Shown: in pieces, positions 57,670 through 64,000 of the stretch
Layout of the letters: every line of letters starts with the position of its first letter
How positions within the stretch are numbered: position 1 is the stretch's first letter
Assembly: GCA_010356995.1 (NCBI GenBank)
Contig: ML996688.1
Span: forward strand, 992,001 to 1,056,000
Direction: 5' to 3'
DNA: 64,000 nt
Source: Trichodelitschia bisporula
Lineage: Eukaryota
Notes under the pieces: generated by a model
What the model was told of the DNA's origin: nothing
Databases searched by the model: none
The model's input: only the letters and a program-made list of their open reading frames with translations
Position numbers and translations under genes: made by a program

Positions 57670-58262
57670 GTGTGTTCGCTGTGGTTGGGTCGCTTTCTTC
57701 TTCTTCTTGCGCTGTTTAGTTATGAGTTGCCTTTCGCGCTTTTTGGCTTCGTGTTTCTCACGTCAAGCCTGCTTTACGATAACGGTGTTTTATGATGGGA
57801 GCATTTTTGTCTTTCTCTCACGGTCGTTTTTGAGGTGCTGATCCACAGTACATGGCATATGATGCGGGCATTGAACGGAGTCATTCGCTTTTTTGGAGAA
57901 ACATGATGGATGAACACGGGATTCATGTCGACATGGGAATGTAACACGAGACGTTCAAAAGTTTGGAGGGCGACGTGCTCAATGGAAAAGTCCTGTCTTT
58001 ATCAAAAGTGGAGGGTTGGAGAGAGAATACGATGCAAGGTCCCTTGCAAGATTGCAGCGATGGACCAATAGCTCCTTGTCCCAAATGTCGTTATATTGTG
58101 AACTGCAAATCTCGGAGGGGAGGACGATCTAATCCTTTCGCACTTAGTCAAACTTGGACAGACATGTGCCAGGATATCTATCACAATCACCAATGCAGCT
58201 TCTTCGCAAAACGCACTCCATTCGGTCTCATTATCTCCCATTCAACAAGTGAAAGCAGGGGA

Positions 58263-59567
58263 CTACAACTGGAACTTGGTCCGTATGCGATCCGTCTTGC
58301 CCTTCCATTCCCATTCCTGCCCACTTCGCCGCTGAATGCCCGTGTCCACACGCCGCAGTTTCATCGTGAACCGCGGACCCAGCTCCTGCAACCCTGCGCG
58401 GATGTCCTCCACTCCCTCGATCGGCTTCCCATCCGGACCAACAACACTCTTCTCTGTAGCGCGCTTGTCGCGGAACACGTAACGGTGCCGCCTGAAGAAT
58501 ATGTAATCGCGCTGATTATGCAGAGTGACTACCTGGCGACCCTCAAGTTCCGGAGCTGGCGGGAAGAGTGTGCGGAAAAGATGCGCAGTAAGCATACCAA
58601 GTGGGGTCCGGAAGTTGTTGAGGATCAACTCCGGGTAGTGGTTTGTGGCGTTTCCGTGGCCAGGGAGCTTCTTTCCCTCAATCCAGTTGCTGATGGAGAA
58701 GTGGAACATGGGGCCCTCTGGCAAGTGCACAATATCGATGCCACACGGCCGCTTCTGGTCCTCGTTGAGCACAATCAGTGTCGTGTAGTCGCGGTTGGAG
58801 GCGAAGGAGGCGATTTCTCTGACGGAGTACTTGTGGCCGAAGCGATGAGCTGAGCGGCGCACATACTTGCTGTTTGGGAACATGCCCGTCAACATGTCCG
58901 CCTGTTCGTGCAGGGTACTGTTTATGGAGGTTGTGATGAGGACTTTGGGGTCGCGGGGGGCGCCGAAAAGAGTAGGGAACCTCGAAGCGAGGGCTTCTGG
59001 AGTGAGATCGAGGCGGGTGCTTGCAGTTGAGGGGTTGGGGCTCGGTGCGCGCTGCTGAGTCTTTGCAGGCTTTTCGGTCTCTGATTCGGAGTCGAAATCG
59101 AGCATACTGTCGACGTCGCTATCATCGTCCGCCCGAGCTCTAGCCTTTCGTGTCTTTTTGGACGCAACACCCTCCCCGGTTTCTTCCTCATCTTCCTCGT
59201 CCTCTTCATCCTCAGCCTCATTGTCGTCTCCTGCCTCCGAATTCTCCGCCTCCGCTTCTTCAAGCTTCCGTCTTTTATTCAGCCTCTCCAAGTCAACCGC
59301 AAGCCCAAGCATATCCGCGCCGTCTTCCCCTTCAACCTCATCCCACTGTCTCTTAGAGTCGATCGTATGCGGTACATTGCGCGCGAGTCGTTCCTCTCGT
59401 AGTCTAGGATTGCGGTCCTCCTCCTTCCTGCGCTTGAATCGCTCCTGACGCTTGAGGGCATCTTTGGTCTTCTTTTGCTTGATGTGGAAGTCCTTTCTCC
59501 GATCCTTGTTGGCGGATTTGAAGGGAAGAGCGTGCCTGGTGGACACCTTACCTCTTTGAACACCCAT
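58263..59567 (-). CDS. RPF1: Brix-domain ribosome biogenesis protein Rpf1
   Basis: KVLITTS, HLPEGP, HYPELILNNFRTPLG, VVTLHNQRDYIFFRRHRY and LQELGPRFTMKL, with an Rpf1-type basic/acidic N-terminus. Confidence 0.9.
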   Translation of the reverse strand: MGVQRGKVSTRHALPFKSANKDRRKDFHIKQKKTKDALKRQERFKRRKEEDRNPRLREERLARNVPHTIDSKRQWDEVEGEDGADMLGLAVDLERLNKRRKLEEAEAENSEAGDDNEAEDEEDEEDEEETGEGVASKKTRKARARADDDSDVDSMLDFDSESETEKPAKTQQRAPSPNPSTASTRLDLTPEALASRFPTLFGAPRDPKVLITTSINSTLHEQADMLTGMFPNSKYVRRSAHRFGHKYSVREIASFASNRDYTTLIVLNEDQKRPCGIDIVHLPEGPMFHFSISNWIEGKKLPGHGNATNHYPELILNNFRTPLGMLTAHLFRTLFPPAPELEGRQVVTLHNQRDYIFFRRHRYVFRDKRATEKSVVGPDGKPIEGVEDIRAGLQELGPRFTMKLRRVDTGIQRRSGQEWEWKGKTDRIRTKFQL

Positions 59568-59948
59568 TGTGAAGTCTGGTGGGTGAAAGAAGCTCTGTGG
59601 AATGGCGAGGTGCGAGGTTGTCGTTCGAATATGTTGTCCGCCCAGAAAAAAGTTCACTTGAGGCGCGTCCACATTTTCCCCCACAGGATAAAGTTCTTCC
59701 GGGGCCGGTCGAAATCTTGGCCACCGCCTTGGGCAAAAATGTGGAGCACATCCCACCTTGCCGACCTGTCGACTCATCTACCATTTTTAGGGTTTCAGAT
59801 ACACCAAATCTCCCCGCAATCACAAGCTCTCAATTACCCTCCCTAACCCTTTCATTCCTGCTTCTGTTGCCCAGCTGTGACTCCGAGTGCATATTCGGGC
59901 AAGGCTGGCGACTCTAGCCTCCCCTACACCTTGTAGAACCCCACCTTG

Positions 59949-62267
59949 ATGCGCCAGCTTTTATCACTACTGCCGCTTTCCAACTTCGCTTCTACAACAA
60001 CTCTTTGCGTCAGACGTCTTCCTTGTCGGCAGTTTTCTTCGTCAAGCATCCACCTCCGCACAAAGCTTTACCTGCCTAAAACTTGTGAAAACATGGCTCC
60101 GACTACCACTACTAAGACTGGTCAGCCTTTCGACCGCTCGCAGCTGGATCAATTGCTGCGGCGGCGGATGTATGTAGCTGCCTACAATTAAAGGAGGATG
60201 TCTAAGTGTGCTAGGTTCTTCACGCAGTCCTTCGAGATCTATGGTGGTGTTGCGGGTCTCTTCGGTGCGCTCAAATCTACCCCATGTACCATCCGTCGCC
60301 TCTAACTCCCATGCTCAGACTATGGCCCACCGCTCTGCGCACTCCAAGCAAACTTCATCGACTTCTGGCGGAAGTTCTTCGTCATCGAAGAAGGCATGCT
60401 TGAGGTCGAGCCTACGATCCTGACCCCGCACGAGGTTCTCAAGACTAGCGGCCATGTTGACAAGTTTGCGGATTGGTGCTGCAAGGATCCCAAGACGGGC
60501 GAGATCTTCCGTGCGGACCATCTTGTAGAGGAAGTGCTCGAGGCCAGGTTGAAGGGCGATCTGGAAGCGCGTGGTCAAGCCATCAATGCCAACACTGGTG
60601 CGGAAGAGGATGCGAAGAAAAAGAAGAAGATCAAGGCCCAGGCCACTGCTGTTAAGCTGGACGATGCCACACGTGAAGAATATGAGAGCATTCTCGCGAA
60701 GATTGACAACTACGATGGACAGGGTCTTGGTGAGTCGCTTAGGAGACCAGAAGATGATCTGCTCACAAGCTCTAAGGGGAACTCATGACCAAACATAACA
60801 TCAAGAACCCGGCCACTGGCGGAGATTTGCTCCTCCCTGTCGCCTTCAACCTCATGTTCGAAACCAGCATCGGCCCCAGCGCTCAGCTTAAGGGCTACCT
60901 TCGCCCAGAGACCGCGCAGGGTCAATTCCTCAATTTTGCCAAGCTGCTCGATTTCAACAACCAACAAATGCCCTTTGCTAGCGCAAGCATCGGCAAGTCT
61001 TTCCGCAATGAAATCTCGCCCCGCGCTGGCTTGCTACGTGTCCGGGAGTTTCTGATGGCTGAGATCGAGCACTTTGTCGACCCCGAGGGTGGCAAGAAGC
61101 ATCCCCGCTTTGCCGAAGTAGCGGACGTGGAGCTCGAGCTCCTTGATCGTGATGTTCAACTGAGCGGCAAGACCACCACAACGCGTATGAAGATTGGAGA
61201 CGCGGTTGCACAGGGCATCGTCGACAATGAGACGCTCGGTTACTTCCTGGCTCGGATACAAGCTTTCCTGAAGTTCATTGGCGTGGACCAGACGAAGGTG
61301 CGCTTCCGGCAGCACATGGCCAACGAGATGGCCCATTATGCTGCTGACTGTTGGGACGCTGAACTCCTGACGAGCTATGGCTGGATCGAGTGCGTTGGCT
61401 GCGCTGACCGGAGCGCCTATGATCTGGACGTCCACAGCAAGGCAACCAAAACCCCGCTGCTCGTTCGTGAGACGCGTAAGGAGCCCCTCAAGGTCGAGGA
61501 GTGGGTTGCCGAAATTGAGAAGAAGAAATTCGGCCCCAAGTTCAAGAAGGACGGCAAGACGGTTGAAGCTGCGGTTGAAGCCCTAAGCCAAGAACTCCGG
61601 GAGAAGCTCTCCATTGACCTGAAAGAGAAGGGCAAGATTGAGATCCCTGTAGAGGGCGTCGGCAATGGCACGGTTGAGCTGCCCAAGGAACTCATCACTA
61701 TCGAGAAGCGGACGCGAGTTGAGAACACGCGCGAGTACACACCCAACGTTATTGAGCCGTCCTTCGGTATCGGTCGTATCCTGTACGCGCTCATCGAGCA
61801 CAATTTCTGGACTCGCGAGGGCGACGAGGCACGCGGTGTCATCTCATTCCCACCGATTGTCGCACCCACCAAGGTGCTCCTGGTCCCGCTTAGCAACCAT
61901 GCTGACTTCGAACCTCTGATCCAGCGGCTTGCGGCCAAGCTGCGGAGGTTGGGTATCAGCAATCGTCTGGATAATTCAGGCGCTAGCATTGGCAAGCGGT
62001 GAGTTTAGCCGAGAGTATAGATCTTCACGATACTGATATGACAGGTATTCCCGCAATGACGAGCTCGGCACGGCGCTTGGCATCACGGTCGATTTCCAAT
62101 CCGTCAAGGATAACACCTTCACGCTAAGAGATCGTGACACGACTAAGCAGGTCCGTGCCTCAGAGGACGAGGTCATTGCCGCTATTCAACGGTTATGTGA
62201 TGGCAGCGAGACGTGGGCGGATGTGGCCAAGCGTCTCCCGGCTTTCGAGGGCCAGGAGGTTGATTGA
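59949..62267 (+). CDS. GRS1: Glycyl-tRNA synthetase, likely mitochondrial (ATG 59949) and cytosolic (ATG 60093) isoforms. Exons 59949-60169, 60215-60264, 60319-60729, 60777-61998, 62045-62267
   Basis: TSGHVDKFAD, FNLMF, YLRPETAQG, SFRNEISPR...RVREF, ECVG, VIEPSFGIGR and SIGKRYSRNDE; the introns restore the frame. Confidence 0.97.
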
Positions 62268-62456
62268 GGCTATACACCGGAATAAAGTGGTAGGATAGAT
62301 TTACAAGGGATCAGATTTGTATCATAAAAGCAAATGCCACAGACGTCTCCTGAGTCTTGAAACCCCATGAAGCTATATCCTGCAACCGGTGCGGTCAGAT
62401 ATTTGTGCCCCTCCAATTATCTTTTGTGCACAACGCTTAGCCACTCCAATAGCACT

Positions 62457-63097
62457 TTACTTCCCCAGATCTCCCATATCTCGCCCTACAGCCCCCTCAC
62501 TCCCCACCCCAGGCGTGCCCTTCGCCTCAAACTCATCTTCATAACTCCGCAACTCAGCCTGATTGCGCTCAAACCGCTTCCGGTGTCTAACCAGCACCTC
62601 ATGCGCCCGCATACGCTTATCCGCCTCCACCATACCGCCAAAAGTCATTGCTGAAAACTGCAGAAATCTAGAAGCGCGATCGGAATGTCAGTTCTTGGCA
62701 CGCAAGCCAGGTATGATGTCACTGGTTCATAAATGAGAGGCGGGGTACCTCAGCAGCGTATAGTCATTGCGGCTGCGCGGTACTGGAATTGAAATGCTTA
62801 CACTTTGAATTGCGGTGTTAGACCACGGTATATTGGACTGTAGGCATAGCCAACGCCGCCCGCGACAGCGGCGATGAGGCCCCACTGTTTTGGGAAAAGT
62901 TAGCGCAGCGCGGGATTGAAGAATTGCACGGCGATAAGATTGGGGAAGACGGATTTGTGAGTACGGTAAAGGTTTGTTCGAAGGAAGAATTGGGTGTCGT
63001 GACCTACCGTTGCTGCGCCGGAAGCGGCGCCTCGTGCGGCTTCCCAGGAGGCTTCTTTGAGCTCGGGATCGTTGTCGAAGTCGACGATTCGGCGCAT
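62457..63097 (-). CDS. Small two-TM membrane protein, HIG1-domain-like. Exons 63097-63008, 62884-62802, 62667-62457
   Basis: Spliced product ...ARGAASGAATWGLIAAVAGGVGYAYSPIYRGLTPQFKVFLQFSAMTFGGMVEADKRMRAHE..., with canonical introns. Confidence 0.75.
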
Positions 63098-63532
63098 TGC
63101 AGTGATGGGTCGTTTGCGTGGGCGGGGAGGAAGGAACTGAAGGCAGTTTTTCGGTGGGTGTTCCGGTTGGACTGATGGTACGCCGGTGGACAAGTCAGTG
63201 AGAAATTCGGGTCATGGATGAGGGTTCGATAGCATGAGGCCAGGATGTTGGCGGCGAATCATATGAGGAAATGGCTCTGCGCTGGTTTACGATGGGGCAT
63301 CGCTTCGAACGACGAGGCGATAATAAGGCAGGTACGGGGGTAGCGAATGCTGAATCTCATGGCAATCATAGTATTTGAGTTTAATTCTTCTCATCACAAG
63401 ATTTGGGGTCTCCTCCATGGGAAAGTGAAGAGGTCTAAACTTGGTATCTATGCACAATGCAAACGAGCGCTGAAAGAACAGTTGACAAACTTCACCACAC
63501 AGCGTTCCCTTCAGGAGAAACAATCCTCAAGG

Positions 63533-64000
63533 CTACCTTCCATACTTCTTGGCCTCCTTCATGGTAAGTGCATCAGAGCTAGCTTCGGGGTTCGATGTAT
63601 TCGTCTCCGGTCGAGAGAGTTTGATACTAGACGGACTCGACATTTCCGGAAGCCATGACGATTCAGCATCAAACTTCTGACCTCCGAGAATGCTCGCTCT
63701 TGGTGTTTCGGCAGATGGATCCAATTCATCGAGATTCCCATCCGAAGTGAGCGGGCTCTCCCAAGCTGTGTCTGGCGCGAGCCCCGAGTCTGGCGTCACC
63801 AATCCTTCGCTACTATTCTCGGACCAGTCAAGCGGAACCTCGAATCCTGCTGCAATCATCTTGTTACGCTCGAGATACCGACGCAGTCTACGGTTCTCTT
63901 CCTCCCAGTCTCCTGAGGAGACCTTCGACAGTGCGGCGAGCTGCTCCTCGGGAGTGCCGGATGAAGTTTTCTTGAGCTTTGGCAGCTTGTCCCGCTTGGT
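63533..64000 (-). CDS. 3' end of an unidentified protein-coding gene (5' part beyond the window)
   Basis: Open frame from the window edge (...DWEEENRRLRRYLERNKMIAAGFEVPLDW...) to the stop at 63533. Confidence 0.6.
   Translation of the reverse strand, partial: TKRDKLPKLKKTSSGTPEEQLAALSKVSSGDWEEENRRLRRYLERNKMIAAGFEVPLDWSENSSEGLVTPDSGLAPDTAWESPLTSDGNLDELDPSAETPRASILGGQKFDAESSWLPEMSSPSSIKLSRPETNTSNPEASSDALTMKEAKKYGR

Noticed and set aside
57963..58853. 296-aa plus-strand ORF
   Set aside because: Largely antisense to RPF1, TTG start, no motifs.
1..64000. tRNA or rRNA genes
   Set aside because: None recognised by eye; tRNAscan-SE or Infernal would be needed to exclude them.

Overview
Eukaryotic, GC-rich fungal DNA (filamentous ascomycete inferred from short GT-AG introns with CTAAC/CTGAC branch sites and from gene content), with one assembly gap (37974-38213). 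Most of the window is ordinary: a ferric reductase (cut by the left edge), RRP43, 2-methylcitrate dehydratase, a secreted TNT-domain NADase, a Zn2Cys6 factor, an EutQ-like cupin, a GH5 endoglucanase, a P450-fold protein, HAM1, FAP7, a CRIB-motif protein, RPF1, glycyl-tRNA synthetase and several hypothetical proteins. The stand-out is a ~13 kb accessory block (about 5.7-18.6 kb). It is a head-to-tail array of seven diverged, apparently intronless minus-strand paralogs that I do not recognise. Each has a Pro-rich leader, a C-x2-C...W...W-x3-C-E-x-C putative zinc finger, an NLS-like basic patch and a low-complexity tail, and the copies share duplicated non-coding flanks. Two copies are broken inside the domain and two have frameshifted tails. 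The last copy has two zinc fingers, 180-bp repeats and a C-terminal module resembling the piggyBac transposase Cys-rich domain. A ~100-bp promoter block recurs four times, and its last copy lies in the divergent promoter of RRP43. All calls were made by eye; no searches were run.
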